From: a virus | DNA length: 45,021 nt | IMG/VR virus record: IMGVR_UViG_3300028029_000003 | Span: 1-45,021 of that record | Direction: 5' to 3' (one strand) | Shown here: in pieces, positions 32,692-40,471 of the stretch | Position numbering within the stretch: position 1 is the stretch's first letter | How the letters are laid out: each line of letters begins with the position of its first letter | The notes under the pieces: generated by a model | Database searches by the model: none | Told to the model about the DNA's origin: nothing | What the model saw: only the letters and a program-made list of their open reading frames with translations | Program-made: the position numbers and the translations under genes

Positions 32692-34343
32692 TACTGCTTT
32701 AACTCCCATATAAAGTCGCCATTCTCCATGTCACCCCAATTCTCTCCTACAAGAACGTTGACTGGCATAGGAAGGTCCTTGATTAAAAATAGCTTAGACA
32801 TCTCAGTCCAAGCCTCTTGCATAGAATCAGCAATGATAACCGCAACTCTCTTAGCTATTTCTAAGTCGTGATTATCTACCTTAACTATAAAACTATCGTG
32901 GATGAAGTTAACTAAGCAACAGCCACCTAAAGCAGTCAGCTTTGGCATCATGTAATGCAGTGCTAGCTTTGCTACTTCTGCTCCAGCACCTTGGTTTTGA
33001 ATGTTAAGTTGGTCAGTCATCATCTTGCCGACATATCTGCGGCCAAGAGGTGTAGTCCAAGGCTTACCTTTCTTCCAGGCGTTTATTCCTCGCTGCTGCC
33101 AGGTATAAATTTCATTCCACAAGCTTCTCCACTTCTTACGTAGTGAATAACCTTCGCGTTCTTCTAACCACAAAGAAGCTTGCAGTATAAGAATGCTAAT
33201 AAACACACCAACTCCACCACCATACAAGAAGTTAAAGTTAGCTGTCTTAGTCAATTGCCGTTGGGTCTTCGTCCACTCTTTGCCGAATATCATCTCAGTT
33301 GTAAAGTTGTGAATGTCAACTCCTTCTTTAAACATCTTGACCATTAAAGAGCAGTTTGTTATACAAGCTATAGTACGAAGCTCAAGTTGAGCATAATCAG
33401 CGTATACCATTAGTTCACCGCCGAAGCAGTCTTTTAACTTTCTAGGTATTTGTTGCTTATTCTCATCTTTAGAAACTAATCGGCCAGACCTTGCGTTAGG
33501 CATGAACTTACCTATGAGCTCTATCATGTTGTCGTACTTCTTTAAGAAGCTATTCTGCTTTATGAGCTTTCTAGTTTCATTGACATCCTTAGCTCTATCG
33601 TTACCTTTAAGAGTAGCCATAGCTAATCCTAACGCATCAGAGTGCTTAGAATCTATGTAAGGCCTGACTTGTTGCCAGCTGTTACAATTGACAGGTAGAG
33701 CAATCTCGGCTATCCTGGTATTATTTTCATTAAGATGAGTGGCGATTCGCTCATGGTCTATAGGCATGCCATTCCATTGAAAGTCTAAACAGTAGCCTAA
33801 GGTTAGCTTATCTAGCTTATAGCTCATGCTTTCTTCTTCATGCTTTATAAGCTTGTAGAGCTCAGGCATATGATAGACATCAGTGGCAGCGTACAGCAGC
33901 TGGTCAGTAGTTAGCCTGTCAGCTTTCCAGTTAGACTTTTGCAGCTTCGCTTTGTCTAAGCTTTGAGCTTTGTATGGGCAATGTCCTATAGTACGTTCCA
34001 GGGCTGCATCAAGACTGAACTTCTCAGCTCTATAATGGTGCAATCTATCTAGCAATAAGGTACACTCGTAGGCTGGTGGAATCCACCTAGTATCAGTTTG
34101 CTGTTGTAGAGTGGTTATTTCGTAGTGAACATTATGAGCAACGAATTTAAAGTTATTAAGAAGTGCACAGAGCAGTACAGGCTCTGGCCATTCTATCATC
34201 TGAACTTCATCGTTACCCTCTTGAAAGAACTGAGCTAATCTAATCCTCTGATAAAAACCGCATGTTTCTACATCAAAGAACAGCGGCTTATCATTGTCTA
34301 GGACTAGCTCACTGAAAGTTACTAGCTTATATGGAGTACTCAT
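32691..34343 (-). CDS. Family-A DNA polymerase with a 3'-5' exonuclease domain.
   Basis: Start re-set to ATG 34343 (ATGA overlap). ExoI is FFDVETCG, motif A VYADYAQLELR, motif B RQLTKTANFNFLYGG and motif C FIHDSFIV. Confidence 0.9.
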   Translation of the reverse strand: MSTPYKLVTFSELVLDNDKPLFFDVETCGFYQRIRLAQFFQEGNDEVQMIEWPEPVLLCALLNNFKFVAHNVHYEITTLQQQTDTRWIPPAYECTLLLDRLHHYRAEKFSLDAALERTIGHCPYKAQSLDKAKLQKSNWKADRLTTDQLLYAATDVYHMPELYKLIKHEEESMSYKLDKLTLGYCLDFQWNGMPIDHERIATHLNENNTRIAEIALPVNCNSWQQVRPYIDSKHSDALGLAMATLKGNDRAKDVNETRKLIKQNSFLKKYDNMIELIGKFMPNARSGRLVSKDENKQQIPRKLKDCFGGELMVYADYAQLELRTIACITNCSLMVKMFKEGVDIHNFTTEMIFGKEWTKTQRQLTKTANFNFLYGGGVGVFISILILQASLWLEEREGYSLRKKWRSLWNEIYTWQQRGINAWKKGKPWTTPLGRRYVGKMMTDQLNIQNQGAGAEVAKLALHYMMPKLTALGGCCLVNFIHDSFIVKVDNHDLEIAKRVAVIIADSMQEAWTEMSKLFLIKDLPMPVNVLVGENWGDMENGDFIWELKQ

Positions 34344-34558
34344 AAGGCTATGTAGCCACGAGGATAGTACTTCATGGAAGGTTCGTACCAATGCTTTTCA
34401 GGGTACTCAAAGCAAAACTTAGGTCCGAACAGCTCAAAAGCCAGGTTTCTACCTTCTTCCTGCGAGTTACTCTCTAGAACTACCACGCAGTCTTTGTCAA
34501 TGGTCTTGCCATCGATTGTACGAGTATGGTCTTGCCCAAAAGTGATGTAAGTTTTCAT
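34340..34558 (-). CDS. Hypothetical protein (72 aa).
   Basis: It is coupled to the polymerase gene. The pattern ITFGQDH...FELFGPKFCFEY recalls a small conserved phage family of unknown function. Confidence 0.6.
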   Translation of the reverse strand: MKTYITFGQDHTRTIDGKTIDKDCVVVLESNSQEEGRNLAFELFGPKFCFEYPEKHWYEPSMKYYPRGYIAL

Positions 34559-34758
34559 GCTGCAAGCACCTTTCCAAATACTTCTTTATACTTAATGTTG
34601 GACTTTTCTTTAGTGACATCTACGTGTGTTACTGTAACTACTTGCAGCATGCCGTTTGTGTCTTTAATCACTGCTTGGTCATCAACTTTAAAGTCAATAC
34701 CAGCTGTTTTGTAATGGTATACTTTCTTAGACCACCCTTGAAATATAATGCCTATCAT
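34555..34758 (-). CDS. Hypothetical protein (67 aa).
   Basis: Start re-set to ATG 34758, 6 nt after GGAG. The track start is a TTG that overlaps that RBS. Confidence 0.5.
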   Translation of the reverse strand: MIGIIFQGWSKKVYHYKTAGIDFKVDDQAVIKDTNGMLQVVTVTHVDVTKEKSNIKYKEVFGKVLAA

Positions 34759-34876
34759 GCTAGTCTCCAATGTTTATACTAATAAGGTTAGTGTTGACCA
34801 GCTTCTCACTGGTCTGCAGTTTCTGAGGGTATTTGAAGGGCTCATCGTCAACTACTAAGTTCTACACCCAACTAGC

Positions 34877-35542
34877 TTAAAGACGAGGCTTAGCGTCTTC
34901 TTCATTAGTTCCAACGAAAGCATCTTCGTCTTCACCAGTCCAACCGCCTTCGTCTTCGTCGTTAGACTCACCAAACGGGTCACTACCTTCAAACACTTCT
35001 AACTTAGTTAACTTAATTTCATCTAAGTAGAATGTTACTCCAGCACTTTGTAAACCGCCTTTAGGATTCTTAACAGCGTAGATGTCCATAGCTCCAGCAA
35101 TATAACCTGCAGAACCATTACCAATCAGCGACTCACCTAGATTAACTTCAGAGCCTTTAGCATTACGAGTCTTAACTTTCTTCGTCTTGCCATCAGGATA
35201 GGTTGTTGACGTTTTGAACGACACAGAGACTTTACCTTCGTTATTGTAGATAAACTCGTCTTCATCATTCTTGGTAGGCTCGCCATCTTTGTCTAGTACT
35301 TTATCGCAAAAGTAATAGCCTAGTGACTTGGGCTTCTTCTTAAAACCTTTCGGCTTATTGTTAGCCCAAAACTTGTCAATACTAGCGATGAACTTCTTGT
35401 GAACTTCGTTGTTGCTCGGGTCTAAGACTACGTCTGCTTTGTACTGCATTCTACCAGACATGTTCTCAACGCCGTCGCCTTGAATTGTTACCCAACGTAA
35501 CTCACCTTTCGGACTTACTAACTTCTTTAGTGCATCTGTCAT
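34877..35542 (-). CDS. Single-stranded DNA-binding protein (T7 gp2.5 / DUF2815-like).
   Basis: 221 aa. The N-terminal LVSPKGELRWVTIQG...QYKADVVL is an OB-like opening, and the C-terminal tail GESNDEDEGGWTGEDEDAFVGTNEED is strongly acidic. It has its own intergenic promoter region. Confidence 0.6.
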   Translation of the reverse strand: MTDALKKLVSPKGELRWVTIQGDGVENMSGRMQYKADVVLDPSNNEVHKKFIASIDKFWANNKPKGFKKKPKSLGYYFCDKVLDKDGEPTKNDEDEFIYNNEGKVSVSFKTSTTYPDGKTKKVKTRNAKGSEVNLGESLIGNGSAGYIAGAMDIYAVKNPKGGLQSAGVTFYLDEIKLTKLEVFEGSDPFGESNDEDEGGWTGEDEDAFVGTNEEDAKPRL

Positions 35543-35595
35543 AATGTTACCTTTATATTGCAGTTAATGTTATTCTGGAATTCACCAGAGCCCTT

Positions 35596-35621
35596 ATTAT
35601 ATCATGATTTTATTAAAATGT
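35596..35621 (-). promoter_or_regulatory. Candidate SSB promoter -10 plus a conserved 18-nt motif.
   Basis: The minus strand has TATAAT at 35596..35601. The adjacent ATGATTTTATTAAAATGT (35604..35621, plus strand) recurs exactly at 44071..44088. Its core ATTTTA-T-TAAAAT is palindromic. Confidence 0.35.
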
Positions 35622-35626
35622 GTTGT

Positions 35627-35815
35627 TTATTTCTTCTGCATTGATAAAGCAGCAAGTTCCTCAAACTTAGCTTTATATGTTTCAATAACCTCATCCCGCC
35701 AGGCAAGCTCTGCAGCTATACTTGTCTTGGACACAAGACCTTCTACTGTCATAGCCATAATGTGGTCTTGATAAGTATCAAGCTCATCTATAGCCCGCTG
35801 CTCATATAATGCCAT
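35627..35815 (-). CDS. Hypothetical acidic protein (62 aa).
   Basis: GGGAG lies 8 nt upstream of the ATG. Confidence 0.55.
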   Translation of the reverse strand: MALYEQRAIDELDTYQDHIMAMTVEGLVSKTSIAAELAWRDEVIETYKAKFEELAALSMQKK

Positions 35816-35861
35816 GACGACGCTCCCATAAAGCTCTTCTTACTGCCAGTACTGATTTTCA

Positions 35862-37166
35862 TTAGTTTGTTACCACCTTGTTAGATGCACGGGACATACC
35901 CACGTACATTAGTTTTAAGTACAAATCATAGTCAATGTTAGTTGCTATGCCAATATCGTCTGTGTCCAGATAAACGGTATCATAGGTGCTTCCCTGGGAC
36001 TTGTGGACAGTCATAGCATGACTAAAGTCTAAGCACATGACACACTCATTGAACGTTAAAAAGTCCCTCCAGGCCTTCGCACGGGCTCTTGCAAGAGGCG
36101 TTGTGTAATTAGACTTGGCCCAACCGGCAGCTTTATAACCTAGATTTGCTTTCTCAATAGCCTTATTAGACGCCGCAGCAATCCTCTTAAGGTCTTTAAG
36201 CTTGTTCATAAACGTTGCATGACCAAAGACATAGGCTACACAGTGCACAACCTCATCATGGTCAACAACATTTGCGTACAGCACATCCTCCATCGTCACC
36301 AGGTGTTCTAGTGTCTTGAACTTAGAGTTAGCTAATAGTTCCCTGTCACCGAACGGTAATGTTATGCCTGCCATTGCTACACAAGATTCGATGTGGTCAC
36401 TAAACACATAGGTCTTCTTAGTAGTAGGACTGAACAAGATGTCATCATCTTCAGGTAAGTTCTTACCTTCCATCTTTGCATTAATCTCTTCTACCTTCGC
36501 ATTTGTGAAAGCTAATATAACACTGTCCTCAGGCCTTGACATGGTAGGGTCTGCTACGTCTACTCCTCTGATAAACTTAGTAGACTCTGTTAGCTTATGA
36601 GCCGGCTCACCTTCAATAAAGCTAATCAACTCATTGAGAGGTATCATGAGAGGGTTATCTTTAGCCTGGCGGTATATCTTGGTTAACGTAACCTGGTAGT
36701 CACCGCTTGGAGCTAAAGTAAACATGTCACCGACAGGAGGTAGCTGGTGCGGGTCACCTAACCAGACAACCTTAACACCTGGTGTACCGTCATAGTCATC
36801 TTGTAGTGCTCTGATGTCCATCAAGTCCTGCTCACCAATCATAGAGTACTCATCAATGAACATGACGTGTACCTTATCAGATGTGCCCATGACAGCGTTA
36901 CCTTCAATGTGCTTCATGCTAGTAGCGTTACTATTAATAGTAGGCCGCTTCTTTAAGAAAGAGTGCAACGTCTGTATCTTGGCGCCGTTATGCAACTTGT
37001 CTCTCAGTATAGAGCAGGCCTTGTGAGTATACGCACAGACAGTGTAGTTATCCAGGTTCTTAACCAGGTCTGCTAGCTTTGTTGTCTTACCAGTACCAGC
37101 TCTACCAGTTACGTACATGTCCCAGGCAGCTTTGTCAGCCATAAAGGCTTCGAATGTCTTAATCAT
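35862..37166 (-). CDS. Dda/RecD-like superfamily-1B helicase.
   Basis: Start re-set to ATG 37166 (MIKTFEAF...). Walker A is VTGRAGTGKTT, Walker B MFIDEYSMI, motif III LGDPHQLPPV and motif V/VI MTVHKSQGSTYDTVYL. Confidence 0.8.
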   Translation of the reverse strand: MIKTFEAFMADKAAWDMYVTGRAGTGKTTKLADLVKNLDNYTVCAYTHKACSILRDKLHNGAKIQTLHSFLKKRPTINSNATSMKHIEGNAVMGTSDKVHVMFIDEYSMIGEQDLMDIRALQDDYDGTPGVKVVWLGDPHQLPPVGDMFTLAPSGDYQVTLTKIYRQAKDNPLMIPLNELISFIEGEPAHKLTESTKFIRGVDVADPTMSRPEDSVILAFTNAKVEEINAKMEGKNLPEDDDILFSPTTKKTYVFSDHIESCVAMAGITLPFGDRELLANSKFKTLEHLVTMEDVLYANVVDHDEVVHCVAYVFGHATFMNKLKDLKRIAAASNKAIEKANLGYKAAGWAKSNYTTPLARARAKAWRDFLTFNECVMCLDFSHAMTVHKSQGSTYDTVYLDTDDIGIATNIDYDLYLKLMYVGMSRASNKVVTN

Positions 37167-37309
37167 CTTGATGCCACTATTATAAACATAGCTACTAAGA
37201 ATATAGAAATAAGTGGATGACTGAGAACTGTGAATGTGACTACAAACACGCCTGCCGCAATCAGTACCCACTTACAGAACACCCACAGTGCATCGAATAG
37301 GCCATACAT
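37163..37309 (-). CDS. 48-aa two-TM hydrophobic peptide (absent from the track).
   Basis: Hand translation gives MYGLFDALWVFCKWVLIAAGVFVVTFTVLSHPLISIFLVAMFIIVASR*. Its TGA overlaps the helicase ATG (ATGA). The RBS is weak. Confidence 0.35.
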   Translation of the reverse strand: MYGLFDALWVFCKWVLIAAGVFVVTFTVLSHPLISIFLVAMFIIVASR

Positions 37310-37320
37310 TAGTTTGTTAA

Positions 37321-37563
37321 TCATAGCATGCTCCTTAACTCAGCGATTCTTTTATCTCTTGCTTCATACAGCTCATTGTATCTTTTCTTTTTATAAGCCT
37401 TTGTGAACCTGGTTTTAGAGATTCTGTTGCACTCACTAGCGCAATCTTCTTTAGCTTCACATATAGCAGCTACTACTCTCCATTCGCTTACTCTATGTAC
37501 TACACGCGCACTAGGCGAGGCCCCTGCAATTTGCATTGCCGACTTAATAGCTACTTCAGTCAT
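37321..37563 (-). CDS. Hypothetical protein (80 aa).
   Basis: ATGA-coupled to the upstream gene. The C-terminus is basic. Confidence 0.55.
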   Translation of the reverse strand: MTEVAIKSAMQIAGASPSARVVHRVSEWRVVAAICEAKEDCASECNRISKTRFTKAYKKKRYNELYEARDKRIAELRSML

Positions 37564-38006
37564 TGTCTACTCCACTGGTCAGCTATACCAATAATGTGTC
37601 CAGGGTCATACTTGTTAAGCTTAATACTTATACGTCTGGCTTCAGCATATGTCTTGCTGTTCTTAGGAGCAACATTAACTATGGTCTGAAGTCTGTATGT
37701 CAGCGTTAACTTCTTAGTGTGCTTCCAAGTTACATCACTGAAGTCAGGCCAGAAGACGCTATATGCATGTGAGAATCCATCATACCTGTTAAACAGATAG
37801 TGAGCTGGACTACCATACAGCATGTTGAAAACTACATCAAGTGGGTAGCCAATGACGAAACCTAGCATGAAGATTCCTTTCTGAGCTAAGTTGTATGACT
37901 TGAATTTGTCTATGCGTGGCATTAGCCTCTTGAACAGCCAAAATGCTGTGTGGTATGCAAAGAAGCCAAAGGCCAAGTACATTGCCATTATCTTAAGTAT
38001 TATCAT
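37560..38006 (-). CDS. Hypothetical membrane protein (148 aa).
   Basis: Two or three hydrophobic segments are present (MAMYLAFGFFAYHTAFWLF and IFMLGFVIGYPLDVVF). Confidence 0.6.
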   Translation of the reverse strand: MIILKIMAMYLAFGFFAYHTAFWLFKRLMPRIDKFKSYNLAQKGIFMLGFVIGYPLDVVFNMLYGSPAHYLFNRYDGFSHAYSVFWPDFSDVTWKHTKKLTLTYRLQTIVNVAPKNSKTYAEARRISIKLNKYDPGHIIGIADQWSRQ

Positions 38007-38173
38007 TTTTGTTCTCCAAAGTTCTTTTCATCACAGTTTACTCCTAATTCAAATGCATCATAGACTAATTTTCTTACATAGAGTACTGTAGCAGCTGAGC
38101 CTTCATCATTGATTGTAGCCAGTAACTTCTCAGTAAAATCTTTGCTAAGCTTTAGTTTCTTTATCACTTTCAT
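38003..38173 (-). CDS. 56-aa ORF (absent from the track).
   Basis: Hand translation gives MKVIKKLKLSKDFTEKLLATINDEGSAATVLYVRKLVYDAFELGVNCDEKNFGEQK*. AGGA lies 7 nt upstream. Its TGA overlaps the next ATG (ATGA). Confidence 0.45.
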   Translation of the reverse strand: MKVIKKLKLSKDFTEKLLATINDEGSAATVLYVRKLVYDAFELGVNCDEKNFGEQK

Positions 38174-38202
38174 TTTATTTCCTTTAGTTAGGTTAATAAT
38201 TC

Positions 38203-38340
38203 TTATAGACTCGGCTTGTTCAATTTAAGATGATAGTTATATGCACCGAACCTAGTTAGCTTAGATTTTATTTGTACTACTTCAGCTAAAATTTCTAGGT
38301 TTAAAGTTACATCAGGGAACTGCTCATTTAAATCTTTCAT
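38203..38340 (-). pseudogene. Truncated, motif-less duplicate of the 5' end of the MazG-like gene at 38728..39027.
   Basis: The 45-codon ORF MKDLNEQFPDVTLNLEILAEVVQIKSKLTRFGAYNYHLKLNKPSL* parallels MNDLDKQFPDVFLNLEILAEECAEVIKIKSKIIRFGVRHYH. It lacks the ECA codons of the EExxE motif and stops early. The DNA at 38223..38340 is ~80-85% identical by eye to 38901..39027. Confidence 0.5.
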
Positions 38341-38726
38341 TTCTTTATCCCACAAGGCAACTCTATTTTTCGGTTGGTTCTGTCTGGGATGTACAGATAT
38401 TCTTCAAAAATCTCTCTGTACGTGTATGATCCGCTAGGTAACGATACAGTCCGATCGCTTATTGCATGTACAGTTGAATACCAACCAATAGCTTTGCACT
38501 TAACAGTAAACGGCGGCAAAGGACATGTGTCGAGTGACCAGTATTTAGGTTCAGTTTCTTTTATGCATTTATACCCACCGTAAGCCGAATTAGCTACTGT
38601 AACGGTCTCAAAAAGGGCTACGTCTAAGCTGTTAATAACTAAGAATTTTCTAATTTCTAATTTATCAAGTTCATCACCAACAAGATAATCCTTACCCTTC
38701 ACCAAATTTTCATTTTTTACGTTCAT
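38337..38726 (-). CDS. Hypothetical protein (129 aa) lying between the two MazG-like 5' repeats.
   Basis: A clean ORF, with no family recognised. Confidence 0.6.
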   Translation of the reverse strand: MNVKNENLVKGKDYLVGDELDKLEIRKFLVINSLDVALFETVTVANSAYGGYKCIKETEPKYWSLDTCPLPPFTVKCKAIGWYSTVHAISDRTVSLPSGSYTYREIFEEYLYIPDRTNRKIELPCGIKK

Positions 38727-38727
38727 T

Positions 38728-39027
38728 TTATTTCTCTACTTCATTCGGTGTGTACCATTGTGGCATTTTGTTCAATTTAACTTGTACAGCCAAATCCAAT
38801 TCAGCTTGTTTCATAACTCCATTGGCTTTTAATATTTCAATAAGGGCTAATATGTCACCTAGCTCTTGAACTAAGCAATTTATATTCGCCTGTTGATCCT
38901 TAGGATGATAGTGGCGCACACCAAACCTAATTATCTTAGATTTTATTTTGATTACTTCTGCACATTCCTCAGCTAAAATTTCTAGGTTTAAAAATACATC
39001 CGGGAACTGCTTATCTAAATCGTTCAT
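38728..39027 (-). CDS. Small MazG-like nucleotide pyrophosphohydrolase (99 aa).
   Basis: LAEECAEV (EExxE) and QELGDILA (E..D) are at the spacing typical of ~100-aa MazG-like phage proteins. GGAG lies 8 nt upstream, after a 69-nt intergenic gap. Confidence 0.65.
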   Translation of the reverse strand: MNDLDKQFPDVFLNLEILAEECAEVIKIKSKIIRFGVRHYHPKDQQANINCLVQELGDILALIEILKANGVMKQAELDLAVQVKLNKMPQWYTPNEVEK

Positions 39028-39096
39028 AACTTTACTCCATATTTAGCTTTGTAACATGTTTTTGCATTTTCACTTGATGAGTGACATATATTGCGC

Positions 39097-39324
39097 TCAA
39101 ACCGCTTGGTCTTTCAGAAAATCTGGAAGTTCGTCAATTAAATTTAAGGTTAAATCAATGTATGCGAGTTGTTTTTTGAGTTCTTGTACTTGATTTTTTA
39201 AACCCTCAACTTCGCATTCAAAACAGTGAGCTTCAGGGCTTATATCATGACCACATTTAACATCAAAAAAGGTTAAATCCTGAAACTCTTTCTGATGAAG
39301 AAATTCTAAATTAGAGTCACTCAT
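39097..39324 (-). CDS. Hypothetical protein (75 aa).
   Basis: Start re-set to ATG 39324 (MSDSNLEF...). The upstream part of the track ORF overlaps a better-supported small ORF. It contains C..H....H.C.EC followed by a coiled-coil-like tail. Confidence 0.5.
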   Translation of the reverse strand: MSDSNLEFLHQKEFQDLTFFDVKCGHDISPEAHCFECEVEGLKNQVQELKKQLAYIDLTLNLIDELPDFLKDQAV

Positions 39325-39487
39325 CCCCACATCTCCAACAATTATCACTATTATTAGGCGCTCCGCATACACGGCAATCGTAGTATTCTCTAATTTCTTT
39401 GTCCATTAAAGCTCCCACAAAAAGTATTGCACAAAGTATGACAATCACTATAACTGCAATACCCACGGTTATTAGCTCAAGCGTCAT
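39317..39487 (-). CDS. 56-aa membrane-anchored zinc-ribbon-like protein (absent from the track).
   Basis: Hand translation gives MTLELITVGIAVIVIVILCAILFVGALMDKEIREYYDCRVCGAPNNSDNCWRCGDE*. A strong AAGGAG lies 7 nt upstream. It has one TM helix followed by CxxC-N9-CxxC. Confidence 0.5.
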   Translation of the reverse strand: MTLELITVGIAVIVIVILCAILFVGALMDKEIREYYDCRVCGAPNNSDNCWRCGDE

Positions 39488-39716
39488 GACTAATCTCCTT
39501 CTTGTGCTCTATAACTCTAGCTGTCATCTCTTCAGCCGCGGCTGTTGCAACTGTAAGTATACCATCAGCGCACACCTCAAAAATATGGTCAACCTGCTCT
39601 TTGTTTAGCTTTAAGGTGACTTTACCAAGCTCATTAGTAAACTCTATAGAGCCAACTAACTTGCCTTTATTTTTACCCCAACTAGGTCTACTTATTTCTA
39701 GCTTATCAAGTCTCAT
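39477..39716 (-). CDS. Hypothetical protein (79 aa).
   Basis: A clean ORF within the chain of overlapping early genes. Confidence 0.55.
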   Translation of the reverse strand: MRLDKLEISRPSWGKNKGKLVGSIEFTNELGKVTLKLNKEQVDHIFEVCADGILTVATAAAEEMTARVIEHKKEISHDA

Positions 39717-39843
39717 CTTCGTTCTCCATTATGTTACGTAAGTTGTCTATCATTTTAGTCAGCTTTACTTCTTGGTTGTTGTTGATAGCTCTCATTATAT
39801 CATCATCAAGTAGGTATATTAATTTCGCATTTTCTCTAGTCAT
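39706..39843 (-). CDS. 45-aa acidic ORF (absent from the track).
   Basis: Hand translation gives MTRENAKLIYLLDDDIMRAINNNQEVKLTKMIDNLRNIMENEDET*. GGAG lies 8-9 nt upstream. It overlaps both neighbouring genes by 8 and 11 nt. Confidence 0.4.
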   Translation of the reverse strand: MTRENAKLIYLLDDDIMRAINNNQEVKLTKMIDNLRNIMENEDET

Positions 39844-40096
39844 ATTCATTTCTCCATTTATTTATCATTAAGGTAGGATTTTCATCTTCACATCCTCCAC
39901 ATTCATCGTCTTCACAAATCGGGCAGTACTGTATTTCACACTCAGGAGAGCATCGTCCGTCTTCATCCATGTCTTCTTCACTTTTAAAAATATCACAGCT
40001 ACCATTTGTGCACTGAATGTGCTGAGACTCATAGTAAGGACTCCTTGGGTCTTTATCATAGTTCCTGATATCATCAGGGTAGTTACTTGCTGGCAT
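39836..40096 (-). CDS. Cys-rich, highly acidic small protein (86 aa).
   Basis: Eight Cys lie in CTNGSC...GRCSPECEIQYCPICEDDECGGCEDE, and there are many Asp/Glu residues. Confidence 0.55.
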   Translation of the reverse strand: MPASNYPDDIRNYDKDPRSPYYESQHIQCTNGSCDIFKSEEDMDEDGRCSPECEIQYCPICEDDECGGCEDENPTLMINKWRNEYD

Positions 40097-40292
40097 GATT
40101 GTTACCCCTCATGTATTGTGCTCGTAGTCTGGCTACTTCACGTTTAGTTAACTCCATGTGTCCAGTGGCTCCAAATTCTACAACTGAAATCTCCTCCGTT
40201 AGTAAGAAGAGAGCTACATCGTAAGCTAACTCCTTTCGTTGTCGTTCTCTTAAGCAAGAACCGTCTTTTGGTGCTGTTAGTGTTAATCCCAT
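40083..40292 (-). CDS. Hypothetical protein (69 aa).
   Basis: An ORF within the coupled early-gene chain. Confidence 0.5.
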   Translation of the reverse strand: MGLTLTAPKDGSCLRERQRKELAYDVALFLLTEEISVVEFGATGHMELTKREVARLRAQYMRGNNHASK

Positions 40293-40471
40293 AACATTCT
40301 CCTTCTATAGTCCTGTGAGTAAACGCTCACACTGTCGTCTTCTCTCGTTACTTCTACTTCATCACCAACTGAGTAATACTGATGATAGAATTCTTTCGCC
40401 TGCTCTTCACCAGTGTGTAGTTTATGCAACACACGAGGGTTGTTCTTATATCTAAACTGATAAGTTATCAT
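40283..40471 (-). CDS. Hypothetical protein (62 aa).
   Basis: ATGA-coupled to the primase-helicase stop. Confidence 0.5.
   Translation of the reverse strand: MITYQFRYKNNPRVLHKLHTGEEQAKEFYHQYYSVGDEVEVTREDDSVSVYSQDYRRRMLWD

Noticed and set aside
35862-37271. The listed 469-aa version of the Dda-like helicase, and similar N-terminal extensions of other listed ORFs (3181, 4099, 25149, 34391, 32709, 42723, 43394, 39372, 34770, 2985).
   Set aside because: In each case the extension overlaps the preceding gene or a terminator and lacks an RBS. An internal ATG has a Shine-Dalgarno sequence and/or an ATGA or TAATG junction, and it matches the expected family N-terminus.
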